Below, piece after piece: positions 33,540 to 43,161 of a DNA stretch of 64,000 bases. Origin of the DNA: a virus; IMG/VR virus record IMGVR_UViG_3300028883_000004, positions 1 to 64,000 of that record, one strand, 5' to 3'. The stretch's first letter is position 1; each line of letters opens with the position of its first letter. Under the pieces are notes generated by a model, which was given only the letters and a program-made list of their open reading frames with translations, had not been told where the DNA came from and did no database searches. Made by a program: the position numbers and the translations under genes.

Positions 33540-35063
33540 ATGAATTTACGAGTATCCAATAGAATCTATCTGCCGCGTACGGAGGTAGACAGGGACTTGC
33601 TTGATGACCTAAAGGCCATCTTCGTTAAAGGCAATCCAGCCTTCTTCAAAAAGCAGTCAATGGGGTTCTCGACTCATGGTGTTCCGCGTACGGTCTCTAC
33701 GATAAAGATAGGGCGCGGAGAGGTAAGCGTTCCGAGAGGAGCCTTCGACGTTCTCTTCGAGACTCTACAGGCACATGGGATATCGTGGAAGATCAAGGAC
33801 GAACGATTCGTAAGCAGCAGGAAGGTTCCATTCAAGTTTATCCCAACCCACGTGCTTTATCCCTTCCAATCCTCTGGTGTTCGAAACGGGATAAGAAACA
33901 CGCAGGGGTACATCAATGCCGTCTGCGCTTCGGGCAAGACGACCATCCTCCTCAAACTTGCAGCCTATCTGCAGCAACCGACTCTATTCATCGTTCACAA
34001 TTCTCTGCTCATGGAGCAGACGGTTGCCGAAGCCAGCCGTCTGCTTCAACTTCCTCTGGAGAAGATCGGAACAATCGGAGGAACTTCTAAAAGCAAGATG
34101 ATCAAATCGACTGCCAGAGGGAAGTACACAGACTTCACTGTTGGCATGGTCCGTTCTCTTATACGAGACCTCGAAATGATAAAGTCCGGAAGGTTCGGAT
34201 GCATAGAACTAGATGAGGGACATCACTCCCCGGCATCTACCTTCTTCGATTTAATAGATGCCTTTGATGCTAAGTATCGATTCACTGCTACTGCAACTCC
34301 TACTCGAAAAGACGGTCTCTCCTTCCTCATCTGGCAACTATTTGGAAGGGAACTCATTCACATTACAGATGACGATTTGCAGGAGGTAGGAAGGGCAATG
34401 CCTGTTACGGTCCAGCTCCTTCCAACTGAATACTTCTTCGACTACTTTGACGACGTCTACTTTGAGACCCTTTACGACCAGGGAGATATAGACGAGATTG
34501 ACTACGACGTTTTGGCAACTTCCCTCAAGGAGCGAAGAGACTTCCTAGACGATCAGAATAAGAAGCCAAAAGGATACAATGAACTCATAGACGATATGGA
34601 TCAGGACGAGGAGAGGAACCAACTAATCGCCGACAAAATCCTAGAGGAAGCGAACAAAGGCGAGACCATCCTTGCTCTGGCATTAAGGAGAGAGACAGTC
34701 GTCAAATGGAGAAACAGGCTAAGATCACTCGGACTCGATCCTATGATTATGATGGGAGGTGGAGACTCGGAGACTAGAGAGGCAAAGAAGGCCCTCAAAG
34801 AAGGTCGTTTGAAGTCTGCTGTAGCGACTCTTCAGTTTTTAATCGAAGGCATAGACATCCCTCCGCTCTCCTGTGGTTTTCTTCTAAACCCGGTTGCAGC
34901 AGACAACTACGGAATGTTAACACAAGCCATCGGGAGGTTCAAGCGTCCCGATGAAGGGAAGGCAAATGCCAAGTTCATCATCCCATGGGACAGGCGAATA
35001 CGTCGGTTTCAAGACGTCAAGCAAGTCCTTGCTCGTAGATTCAACGTGGAGGTATTAGATTGA
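33540..35063 (+). CDS. SF2 DNA helicase (DExH box)
   Basis: Walker A AVCASGKTTILL, motif II ELDEGHH, motif III TATATPTRKDG. ATG 33540 is preferred over TTG 33513, which lies inside the hairpin. Confidence 0.75.
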   Translation: MNLRVSNRIYLPRTEVDRDLLDDLKAIFVKGNPAFFKKQSMGFSTHGVPRTVSTIKIGRGEVSVPRGAFDVLFETLQAHGISWKIKDERFVSSRKVPFKFIPTHVLYPFQSSGVRNGIRNTQGYINAVCASGKTTILLKLAAYLQQPTLFIVHNSLLMEQTVAEASRLLQLPLEKIGTIGGTSKSKMIKSTARGKYTDFTVGMVRSLIRDLEMIKSGRFGCIELDEGHHSPASTFFDLIDAFDAKYRFTATATPTRKDGLSFLIWQLFGRELIHITDDDLQEVGRAMPVTVQLLPTEYFFDYFDDVYFETLYDQGDIDEIDYDVLATSLKERRDFLDDQNKKPKGYNELIDDMDQDEERNQLIADKILEEANKGETILALALRRETVVKWRNRLRSLGLDPMIMMGGGDSETREAKKALKEGRLKSAVATLQFLIEGIDIPPLSCGFLLNPVAADNYGMLTQAIGRFKRPDEGKANAKFIIPWDRRIRRFQDVKQVLARRFNVEVLD

Positions 35064-35941
35064 ACGAGGACCTTCTACATAGAATCGTATCAGCTATAAG
35101 GACGCACAGGGGGAAAGCTCCTGCCCGCCTCTACGAGTTTTTGGTTAGATCAACAAAGGGAGACGAAGCAGCAATTCATCAGAAGATAATGGCTGCAAAA
35201 TGCGATATCGACCTTCGTACTCTCCCTTCGATCATGAAAGAGTTAGAACGCTACGACCTTGTCAACTTCCACGAGGAGGGACAAGGTCGTTTTGTAGTTC
35301 ATTTTGCTTCGTATCGCTCGCGGCTATATATGAAGACTATGATAAATCATAGTCTTCAGGTTAAGTCTCTCAAGAACAACTCTAGCTCTTCAAGCTCAAA
35401 ACCAGGACGAAGTAAAACGAGAAAAGGAAACGAACCAAAGACAGTCGACATACTAGGCGACGAAGAGTTTGACGGGAAGGACAGTGCAATCGGGATTCCT
35501 TCGAAGGTTTTGATAGCTAACCCGAGCAAGCGTCCAGAGCTTTCGTCCTGGAAGCGTCGCGGACTAGGCAAGTGGACAGCATCGAACTTTCTTGGATTCT
35601 ACGCAAGTGGATATGTCGAGGCGTTTGGTTACGAGGACGCAAGCCTTCAGGTGAACAAGAGAAGGCTCAACACTTTGGCGGCGAGAGTTAAGCAGTTTGC
35701 CGAGAGTAGACTTCCTGCCTCTGGTGTAGATTCGTTCGACCGCGAAGGATTGAAGGCCTTCATCGAATGGGCGATCAAATGGGGCTCCTCGGAAAAGTCG
35801 AGTTGGATGCAGGGTGATATGAACGCCTGGTTGGTTTTTGATACAAAGAAAGCATACGTCTTTGGATGTTACAGACGAGAGAAGTCTGGGAAGGTCGGAA
35901 GGCGAAGCGATAAAGACGGACAGGAGAGAGGCGCATGGTAG
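35060..35941 (+). CDS. putative replisome organiser / origin-binding protein (wHTH)
   Basis: TTG start after GTGGAGG. The N-terminus looks like a winged helix. Lies directly upstream of the DnaC-like loader and DnaB. Confidence 0.4.
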   Translation: MNEDLLHRIVSAIRTHRGKAPARLYEFLVRSTKGDEAAIHQKIMAAKCDIDLRTLPSIMKELERYDLVNFHEEGQGRFVVHFASYRSRLYMKTMINHSLQVKSLKNNSSSSSSKPGRSKTRKGNEPKTVDILGDEEFDGKDSAIGIPSKVLIANPSKRPELSSWKRRGLGKWTASNFLGFYASGYVEAFGYEDASLQVNKRRLNTLAARVKQFAESRLPASGVDSFDREGLKAFIEWAIKWGSSEKSSWMQGDMNAWLVFDTKKAYVFGCYRREKSGKVGRRSDKDGQERGAW

Positions 35942-36570
35942 ACGTTAAGGAAAAGGTGCTGAGGCGAGTCTATCGCTCCTGCGGTTTCCCTCTCCGCTTT
36001 CTGGACTTCAATCCGGTTACCGACTTCGAGGTGGATAGGGACGACACAAAAGAGAATGCTCTTCGAATGAAGGCCCTCGAATGGTTCCTCACAATTGAGG
36101 AGGACATTGTCTCCTGGTTGGATGCTGGCAGTTCTGCTTTCCTGCGAGGTCCGATAGGGACTGGCAAGACGTCTCTCGCCTGCGCAGTTGGTAGATTAGT
36201 TGTTGGAGAATGGATAGCCAGAAGCGGACCTCAGAGAGAGGAGCCGTTATTTGTTCAGGGTGGAGTGATAGAGAGACTGGCAAGGCCTGGGAGGGACGAG
36301 CTTCTGAATGAAGGGCGACGACTTGCTATGTCGACTCGCTTCATGATGATAGACGATGTCGGGAAGGTTCTTGGAGATGAGGTTGGGATGAGGTTTCTCG
36401 ATAACCTTATCCGACGGAGGTGGAGTGATAAACTCTCGACCATTGTAACTGGAAACATTAGAGAGGAGGACGAGAAGGAATCGTTTGGTGCTGCTCTGTC
36501 CGACCTCTTTTCTGACTACGAATCAATCATAATACCAGGACAGAGCAGGCGAGGTATCGATGAGCAGTAA
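35935..36570 (+). CDS. DnaC/IstB-like AAA+ helicase loader
   Basis: Walker A LRGPIGTGKTSLA, Walker B FMMIDDVG. Position before the DnaB-like gene. Confidence 0.65.
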   Translation: MVDVKEKVLRRVYRSCGFPLRFLDFNPVTDFEVDRDDTKENALRMKALEWFLTIEEDIVSWLDAGSSAFLRGPIGTGKTSLACAVGRLVVGEWIARSGPQREEPLFVQGGVIERLARPGRDELLNEGRRLAMSTRFMMIDDVGKVLGDEVGMRFLDNLIRRRWSDKLSTIVTGNIREEDEKESFGAALSDLFSDYESIIIPGQSRRGIDEQ

Positions 36571-37903
36571 AACGGTTTTGAAATTTAACGTAGAGAACGA
36601 ACAGATCGTTCTTGCGGCTGCTATGTCCTCTCCGGAGATGATGAAGGCAGTCTGCGAGCAATGCGGACCTTCGGACTTTACGGCAGATAGACACAAGGTC
36701 ATCATCTCGGTTCTCAAGAAGATAGCAGCAGAGGGAGGTCGCTTCGAATACGAGACCTTCATCATGCTCGCCGGAAAGAGAGACTTTGGAGGCGAGAAGT
36801 ACATCAGCTCCCTTGAGGACTTCTATGAGGACGGAGAGACAACAAAGAACATCGACCTTCATTTGACTAGGCTTCGTGATGACTCTCTTCGTTACAGACT
36901 GGCTACAGGTGACATAAAGAACCTCCAGGAAGCGGCGCTGGATCCAAACGTGGACAGGGCGGAGCTTTACACAATAGCCTCCGATGTTCTAATGAAACTT
37001 GCGAAAGGAGAGGGAGGCAAAGGAGTCCTGACTGGAGAGCAGGCCCTCGAAAGTTACAAGAAGGAACTGAGGGAGAGATGCAAGCCAGGAGGGACCTTCG
37101 TCCCTTACGGATTAAAAGAACTCGACGACAAACTCACAGAGGGACAGGGGAGAGGAACAATCACAACGATAACCTCTCGTCCTTCGGTTGGAAAGTCAAC
37201 CCTCTCTGGTCGCTTCATCATGGAGAACAGAATGAGGGAGATTCCAACTCTCGTCTGTCCTCAGGAACCTGGAACGATTAAATGTTTTGACACCTGTCTT
37301 GCAGGGGCGACTGGAATACCGATCGAACTTATCATCAAGAGAACGGCGGAGATGACGAAGCAGCAGAAGCAACTCCTTATGAGACACGCTCAGGCTTTGC
37401 TTCTGAATTCGTCGATTAAATTCGTCGACGATTCTTACATGAATCTGTCCGCCCTTGATCGTTACCTTTCCCAAGGGGAGTACAGGTCCGTTTACATAGA
37501 CCTCTTCGAGATGATCCTTGGGGAGATATCGCCGCAGGAGGTAACCAAAGCGCTCGACAGACTTTTAGCTATGGCGAAGCATCACGGCGTTTGTATGAAC
37601 ATCCTACATCAGATAGGAAGGTCGGCGGCAAAGAGGAAGGATCAGCGACCATCGTTGATAGACCTGAAGAACGCAGGAGCCTATGAGGAGAGATCAGACC
37701 TCATCCTCGGTCTCCATCGAGATGCTTACTACGATCCGGATGTTGAGTTAGACATCCTTGAAGTTTGGATTTTGAAACAGAGGATCGGAGCACGGAACGA
37801 CTACGTTGCATACGACTTTGATGCTCCTTACCTTCGCATCGGCGATTATGCCTCAGACTACTTCCCGAATAGACCCGGGATGGGGGAGCAGTTAAACGGA
37901 TGA
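36560..37903 (+). CDS. dnaB: replicative DNA helicase, DnaB family
   Basis: N-terminal domain (NVENEQIVLAAAMSSPEMM), Walker A TSRPSVGKSTLSG, Walker B-like VYIDLFEMI, 447 aa. Confidence 0.85.
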   Translation: MSSKTVLKFNVENEQIVLAAAMSSPEMMKAVCEQCGPSDFTADRHKVIISVLKKIAAEGGRFEYETFIMLAGKRDFGGEKYISSLEDFYEDGETTKNIDLHLTRLRDDSLRYRLATGDIKNLQEAALDPNVDRAELYTIASDVLMKLAKGEGGKGVLTGEQALESYKKELRERCKPGGTFVPYGLKELDDKLTEGQGRGTITTITSRPSVGKSTLSGRFIMENRMREIPTLVCPQEPGTIKCFDTCLAGATGIPIELIIKRTAEMTKQQKQLLMRHAQALLLNSSIKFVDDSYMNLSALDRYLSQGEYRSVYIDLFEMILGEISPQEVTKALDRLLAMAKHHGVCMNILHQIGRSAAKRKDQRPSLIDLKNAGAYEERSDLILGLHRDAYYDPDVELDILEVWILKQRIGARNDYVAYDFDAPYLRIGDYASDYFPNRPGMGEQLNG

Positions 37904-39018
37904 GCGAGTACGATTGGGAGTATGTTCGAGACAACATAGATGTAGAGGAGCTTCTTGACGCTCTTGGAATCGATTACGAGATAAGAGACGACGAACTCTT
38001 TGCCTTCTGTCCTCATCCAGATCATGACGAAGATAAACCTTCGTGGTCAATAAACAACAATCCAGACAATCCATTTTACGGTATTCATAATTGCCTTGGT
38101 TGTCCGTACAAGGGAAATGCAATCGGACTATGGGCAGATGTGAAGGGGATAGGATACGAGGAAGCAGAAGCGGAGATCGTAGCTCTATTCGAGATAGAGA
38201 ACCCAGACCCTGACATCATTGCAGAAGTGAAGATCGCCGCAAGGTTCAAGAGGAGAAAGAAGAAGGCAGCTGAAAAGAAGATCATCGAGACTGGGGAGGT
38301 TGGAGACCTCCTCAAGCCGCTTGTTAAGATTCGAGAAGGAGACCCCTTCTGGAGATACATCGTAGAGAGGCGGAGAGTTACCCAGGAGCAGCTTGAAAGG
38401 TTCGGAGCTATGGGAGCAAGGCCTGGGACATTTTCGGAGAAGGACAAGCAGGCTCGCGTCGTCTTTCCGATAACCTTAGACGAAAGAGTCATGGCATATT
38501 ACGGAAGGGCGATCATTCGCTGTCCTCCAGAATATAGGGTGAGAATCTCGAAGGGAAAGGGACTCTCAGACAAGACTCTTTTTGGATGGGATCAGAGGAG
38601 AGGTCTTGACCGTTGCTTTATTGCGGAGGGTATTCCAGACGCCTTGGCGATAGAGTCTGTTACGAGAGGGACGAGCATAGAGGGAGACTCATTTGCAGTT
38701 CAGACAAATCAGCTCTTCGATGCTCAGCGAAAGTTGATTCGATCCTACCCTGTTGTGATTCTGGTACCAGATGGGGACGGTGGAGGAGATCGCTTTGTCG
38801 AGGAGGTAAAGACGAAGATTGGAAGGGAGTCTGTTTTGCTTGTCGCTAGACTCCCAGAGGGTAAGGACCCTTCAAAGTTATTAGAAGATGACGAAGGCGA
38901 TGTTCTCTTAGAATGCATCAAAAACGCCAAAAGGCCTTCTATTATTAGCGTTAAGGTGCATTACAACTTTCAGACTCCTATTTTGAGGCGTAAGGCAAAA
39001 AGGCGAAAAAAGGCATGA
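37900..39018 (+). CDS. dnaG: DNA primase, DnaG type (CHC2 zinc finger + Toprim)
   Basis: FCPHPDHDEDKPSWSI...HNCLGCPYKGN (zinc finger). Toprim residues FIAEGIPDALAIES and ILVPDGDGGGDRF. Confidence 0.8.
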   Translation: MSEYDWEYVRDNIDVEELLDALGIDYEIRDDELFAFCPHPDHDEDKPSWSINNNPDNPFYGIHNCLGCPYKGNAIGLWADVKGIGYEEAEAEIVALFEIENPDPDIIAEVKIAARFKRRKKKAAEKKIIETGEVGDLLKPLVKIREGDPFWRYIVERRRVTQEQLERFGAMGARPGTFSEKDKQARVVFPITLDERVMAYYGRAIIRCPPEYRVRISKGKGLSDKTLFGWDQRRGLDRCFIAEGIPDALAIESVTRGTSIEGDSFAVQTNQLFDAQRKLIRSYPVVILVPDGDGGGDRFVEEVKTKIGRESVLLVARLPEGKDPSKLLEDDEGDVLLECIKNAKRPSIISVKVHYNFQTPILRRKAKRRKKA

Positions 39019-39049
39019 TATTTCAAATAGTTATTGACAGAAAAAAAGA

Positions 39050-39079
39050 TGGACAGGGGCTCCTAACTTCCTTTAGAAT
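39050..39079 (+). promoter_or_regulatory. candidate sigma-70-like promoter upstream of the UvrD-like gene
   Basis: TGGACA-N18-TAGAAT in the 103-bp gap. A perfect TTGACA at 39034 has no matching -10. Confidence 0.3.
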
Positions 39080-39121
39080 AGCCAATGGCGAGCATACATG
39101 AATCTCTAAAGGAGGAGCCAA

Positions 39122-41389
39122 ATGGAAACGAAATGGAATCTGAAGGAAATCGAAACGGGAGAGAAGAACGGCCGCATCAAGGTTACTCTCCACTTCAATG
39201 TCCCTTATAAGGGCGACGAACTTACCTTGTACTTCACAACGTACGAGGACTTCCTGCCAAACGTATTCGAGAACGAACCAGAGAAAGGACAAACCTTTGT
39301 TCCTTCTCATCCCGATCGTTTTACCCCAAAGGAAAGTCGGGCCGGAAACCACTACCTCATTTACGGTAAAAACGGATGGTGCTTCGATCGTGACTTCAAA
39401 CTTACCCTGGAGGGAGAGAAACCGAAAGAGGAGAAGAAAGGAGACCTCGACTCTATTCTGGAGGGACTCAACGAAGGACAGCGGAAAGTCATCGAGCACA
39501 AGGAAGGTCCGCTGGTGGTGGTTGCAGGGGCAGGCGCCGGCAAGACTCATACGGTGATCGCTAAGGTTGCTCACCAGGCTGAGAGGGAGGGAATCGACCC
39601 GAGGCGAATTCTCCTTACTACCTTCACGAAGAAGGCGGGTGACGAACTCGTAGAGAGGTTGGGACGATTCATCCCAAGAGGTATGGTCGGTCAGATGTCA
39701 GTTGGGACCTTCCACAGCATTCTCCTCAGGCAGCTGAGAAACTGGTTCGGTGAGAAAAGCAAATGGCACAATCTAGCCACCGGCGATAATGGTTTCCCTG
39801 CTCCTATTAAGATCGTAGCTGAGGTGATGGGAAAATGGAATCAACTGATCGACTCAGAAGGAGTAGACGTCGAGGACGCCGAACCCAAGTACATGATCGG
39901 AGCCATCTCCTATCTGAAGAACTCCCTCGTCTATCCTGGAGACGAGAAGGAGATCGCCGAGCACTTTGATCATCCACAACTTCCGGAAGTCTACAGGATG
40001 TACGAGGAGACGAAGGAGCAGCTTGGGGTTGTAGACCTCGACGACATCCTCTCCGAGTTCTATTGGCTCTTGGCGAATAACAGCGAGTTCCGCAAAAGCA
40101 TGACGGCCCTTTATGACTGGGTATTCGTAGACGAGGCCCAGGACAACAACAAGGCTCAAATCAACATCGCAACCATCCTATCGGAGAAAACTCGAAACCT
40201 CATTCTGGTCGGAGACGACTGGCAGAGTATCTACCGATTCAGAGGAGCCGTTCCGGAATACATGATCGACTACGAGAAACACTACCCGGGAGCACGGCGG
40301 GCGGATATGCTTACGAACTACAGAAGCGTCCCCGAAGTTGTAGACCTCGGGAACGTCCTCATCAAGCACAACAAGAGGCAGCTGGAAAAGACATGCAATG
40401 CCTTTAGGAAGTCTGAAGGGAACGCCCCGATCGTTATCACCGCAATGGATCCGATGGAGGAGGCGGAGAGGATCGGGGACATCATCTTAGACGAGAAGCT
40501 CGATCATGGAAGCACGGCAGTCATCTACAGGACAAATGCTCATGCAGCTGGACTGGAGACCGCTCTCATCCGGAGGCGCATTCCTTATACGGTTGCTGGA
40601 GGCATTCGCTTCTTTAAGAGGTTTGAGGTCAGGGCGGTGGTCGCCTATGTCGGCCTTGCAGCTGGAGACGAGAATGACGAATATGCAAAGTATGTCTACA
40701 ACCTTCCGCGAAGAGGTCTTGGAAGGGCCTTTGCAAAGCAGGCAGAGAGGAAGGCCAGAAGCCAAGGCATCTCCTTCCTGGAGGTTATCCGACAGAGTGT
40801 AAACGATAGCCGATACGGGAGAGGTTGTAGAGACTTCTTGGCTACAATCGATAGAGTGAAGGAGTTCAGCTTAAACAGCACGGAGAATCACAGCGTCGAT
40901 AGACTCATCCAGGGAGCCTGCGGAGTTATCCTGAATCATCTGGAGAGTGGAAAGAAATACAAGGACGACGAGATCGATAACTCGAAGGCTGAAAACGTTA
41001 TGGCCCTCGAAGGAGTCTCTCAAGCATTTGCCTCCTTCGCCCCTGAGGAGTTCCTACGGTATGCGACGGAAGCGGCGAGCTCGAACGTATTCAACCAATC
41101 AAAGGGAGTCGTCCTTATGACGGCCCATCGCTCTAAGGGCCTGGAGTTCCCGAATGTCTTCGTAGCCGGATGCAACATGGGTCTGTTCCCTCACTTCAGG
41201 GCACTCCAGGAGGAAAATGGAATCGAGGAGGAGCGGCGACTAATGTACGTAGCCTTAACACGAGCAAAGAACCGTCTTTGGTTCCTTACAACCAGAGAGG
41301 ATTCGAAGGGTCGACCGGCTTCTCCATCTGACTTCCTCTACGAGATGGGCATCTACGGTAGGAGCGATGGAGAGGAGGTCGGAGAATGA
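39122..41389 (+). CDS. uvrD: UvrD/Rep/PcrA-family SF1 helicase with ~110-aa N-terminal extension
   Basis: VVVAGAGAGKTHT (motif I), VFVDEAQDNN (II), VGDDWQSIYRFRGA (III), MTAHRSKGLEFPNVFV (V), LMYVALTRAKNRL (VI). Confidence 0.85.
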   Translation: METKWNLKEIETGEKNGRIKVTLHFNVPYKGDELTLYFTTYEDFLPNVFENEPEKGQTFVPSHPDRFTPKESRAGNHYLIYGKNGWCFDRDFKLTLEGEKPKEEKKGDLDSILEGLNEGQRKVIEHKEGPLVVVAGAGAGKTHTVIAKVAHQAEREGIDPRRILLTTFTKKAGDELVERLGRFIPRGMVGQMSVGTFHSILLRQLRNWFGEKSKWHNLATGDNGFPAPIKIVAEVMGKWNQLIDSEGVDVEDAEPKYMIGAISYLKNSLVYPGDEKEIAEHFDHPQLPEVYRMYEETKEQLGVVDLDDILSEFYWLLANNSEFRKSMTALYDWVFVDEAQDNNKAQINIATILSEKTRNLILVGDDWQSIYRFRGAVPEYMIDYEKHYPGARRADMLTNYRSVPEVVDLGNVLIKHNKRQLEKTCNAFRKSEGNAPIVITAMDPMEEAERIGDIILDEKLDHGSTAVIYRTNAHAAGLETALIRRRIPYTVAGGIRFFKRFEVRAVVAYVGLAAGDENDEYAKYVYNLPRRGLGRAFAKQAERKARSQGISFLEVIRQSVNDSRYGRGCRDFLATIDRVKEFSLNSTENHSVDRLIQGACGVILNHLESGKKYKDDEIDNSKAENVMALEGVSQAFASFAPEEFLRYATEAASSNVFNQSKGVVLMTAHRSKGLEFPNVFVAGCNMGLFPHFRALQEENGIEEERRLMYVALTRAKNRLWFLTTREDSKGRPASPSDFLYEMGIYGRSDGEEVGE

Positions 41390-42144
41390 AACAAGTGCGG
41401 CAAAGGAAAACAAGGAGAGGGGATAGAGACGAGAGACTTCAGCGACTTCTTATGAAGTCTCAACTCTCCTACTGGACGACAGGTAAAATGTGGGGGAACG
41501 AGGAACTATTTACAAGGCTCAATGCCTACTCTACAAAACTTGCAAAGCGATACGAAACGAGGATACCTCTTGAGGACCTCGTTGCAGAGGGTATTTACGG
41601 AGCCTTCCTTGCAGTCGAAAAGTATCGCTGGGTATGTCAATGCGGAAAGCGACATAGACTCCCTCAGGACTTTATTGCTCATTCACTAAAGTGCAAGGAG
41701 AGCAAGGGAGTCCCAAAGATGAAAATCATCTCAGTTGTAAAGCACTACATCAGAGGATACATGAGGCATCACGTTAACAAGTGGGATAGACTCTTGCTTG
41801 CTGGTTCTGAACCAGAGTTCGATGTAGGAGAGTTTGGAGACCCGATTTATATGAGAGCTATAGGGATGAGGATTGATGATGCCTATGACCCTGCAGAGGA
41901 AGCGAGAAGGGTGGCAGAGAAGGAGGCCACCTTTAACGAATTGATGCAGCACTTTAGAAGGGACAACGAGAGGGCGTCTATGTTCCTTCTAACTCATCTT
42001 TACATAGGAGCTACGAAAGCAGAGATGACAAAGGGGCTCTCGCAGTTCTGTAACATCTCTCTGAAGAACGCAAGAGAAACTGTCAGGATATTTATGGAGC
42101 GATTGCAGGATGGTCTTGAGGAGGAGCCCTCAATCGTTTCATGA
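41386..42144 (+). CDS. sigma-70 family RNA polymerase sigma factor (phage-encoded)
   Basis: Region 2: KLAKRYETRIPLEDLVAEGIYGAFLAVEKYRW ... VVKHYIRGYMRHHV. Region 4 HTH: GATKAEMTKGLSQFCNISLKNARETVRIFMERL. A Cys/His insertion sits within region 2. Confidence 0.6.
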   Translation: MKQVRQRKTRRGDRDERLQRLLMKSQLSYWTTGKMWGNEELFTRLNAYSTKLAKRYETRIPLEDLVAEGIYGAFLAVEKYRWVCQCGKRHRLPQDFIAHSLKCKESKGVPKMKIISVVKHYIRGYMRHHVNKWDRLLLAGSEPEFDVGEFGDPIYMRAIGMRIDDAYDPAEEARRVAEKEATFNELMQHFRRDNERASMFLLTHLYIGATKAEMTKGLSQFCNISLKNARETVRIFMERLQDGLEEEPSIVS

Positions 42145-43145
42145 GCTTTTATTCTGACAGGAACACCAAACGACTGTCGGGGAGTAACCCTGAGTCAGAA
42201 AACGGAGGAAAAGGAACGATGAAGAAGTTAGGACAAAAGGACCTGGAAAAGGCGGCAGCAAAACTCGGTATCAAGGGGAGTGGACTTCCCGTTCCGGTTC
42301 TCAGAGACGAGATCGAAAAAAAGGTCCGTGAGAAAATGGCCAAAGGCGAAGAGGACGTCGTTTGTAACGATTGCGGAAATCTCGCACCGGAAGCATTCGA
42401 TTACTGCCCTTGGTGCTTATCGAGCTTTGCGGCAGACGACGAGGAGCCTGAGGAGAAGGAAAAGGGCGACGACCTGGACAAGACTCTCGACGATATCGAC
42501 AAAGACCTCTCCGACCTGGAAGGGAAGGGGAAAGGCAAAACGAAAACCGCGGCAAAGAAAGCCGCCCCGAAACAGGAAAGCGAGGAGAAGGTGACCAGCA
42601 AGAAAACGGCGAAGAAGGCAGCCCCGAAGAAAACCACCAAGAAGGCTCCGGCGAAGAAGGCCACCGCCAAGAAAGAGCCGGCGAAGAAGGCTCCCGCCAA
42701 GAAGGCCTCCAAGACGGCCAAGAAGGCGGCAAAGAGCGGCAAACCCGCAGAGCCCAAGGGGAAGGCTCCCGCGAAGAAGAAAGCCGCTCAGACGGGCGGA
42801 GACTGGACCAAGCGCGAGAAGATCGTTCCGATCATGGAAGCCGTCGAAGGAGCCCTGGTCGAGAAGTACGGCGAGAAGGAAGTCGACGGGCGTCCGACGA
42901 AAGCGTTCGTCTCCTACTGGGTTGACAACCAGCGCGTCTGCTCCCTCTTCGCTTCCGGTCGAGTCGGCTTCATGGCTCTGCCCAAGGAAGCTCGGCTGCT
43001 CAAGAAGTTCGACAAACACGTGGACTACTACGATGAGGATCAGCGGAAGGCCATGCACATCGGTACCATCGGGATCATGACCAAGCGGAATACTCCGGCT
43101 GACGTCACCGGTGAGATCGTGGCTGCTTACCTCAGCAAACTTTAA
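42141..43145 (+). CDS. multidomain DNA-binding protein: HeH/SAP-like motif, Zn ribbon, acidic stretch, histone-H1-like AKKA repeats, C-terminal domain
   Basis: LEKAAAKLGIKGSGLPVPVLRDEIEKKV; CNDCGNLAPEAFDYCPWC; KKAAPKKTTKKAPAKKATAKKEPAKKAPAKKAS. ATGA-coupled start at 42141. An alternative ATG at 42219 has GGAGGA upstream. Confidence 0.6.
   Translation: MSFYSDRNTKRLSGSNPESENGGKGTMKKLGQKDLEKAAAKLGIKGSGLPVPVLRDEIEKKVREKMAKGEEDVVCNDCGNLAPEAFDYCPWCLSSFAADDEEPEEKEKGDDLDKTLDDIDKDLSDLEGKGKGKTKTAAKKAAPKQESEEKVTSKKTAKKAAPKKTTKKAPAKKATAKKEPAKKAPAKKASKTAKKAAKSGKPAEPKGKAPAKKKAAQTGGDWTKREKIVPIMEAVEGALVEKYGEKEVDGRPTKAFVSYWVDNQRVCSLFASGRVGFMALPKEARLLKKFDKHVDYYDEDQRKAMHIGTIGIMTKRNTPADVTGEIVAAYLSKL
42522..42791 (+). 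repeat. low-complexity K/A/P-rich coding repeat
   Basis: Residues ~128-217 of the 42141 protein. Generates spurious ORFs in other frames and on the minus strand. Confidence 0.8.
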
Positions 43146-43161
43146 GTCGACGAAGGTTCTC

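Noticed and set aside
39034-39039. Perfect TTGACA hexamer in the gap upstream of the UvrD-like gene.
   Set aside because: There is no acceptable -10 hexamer 16-19 nt downstream (GGGCTC). The weaker TGGACA-N18-TAGAAT pair is reported instead, at low confidence.
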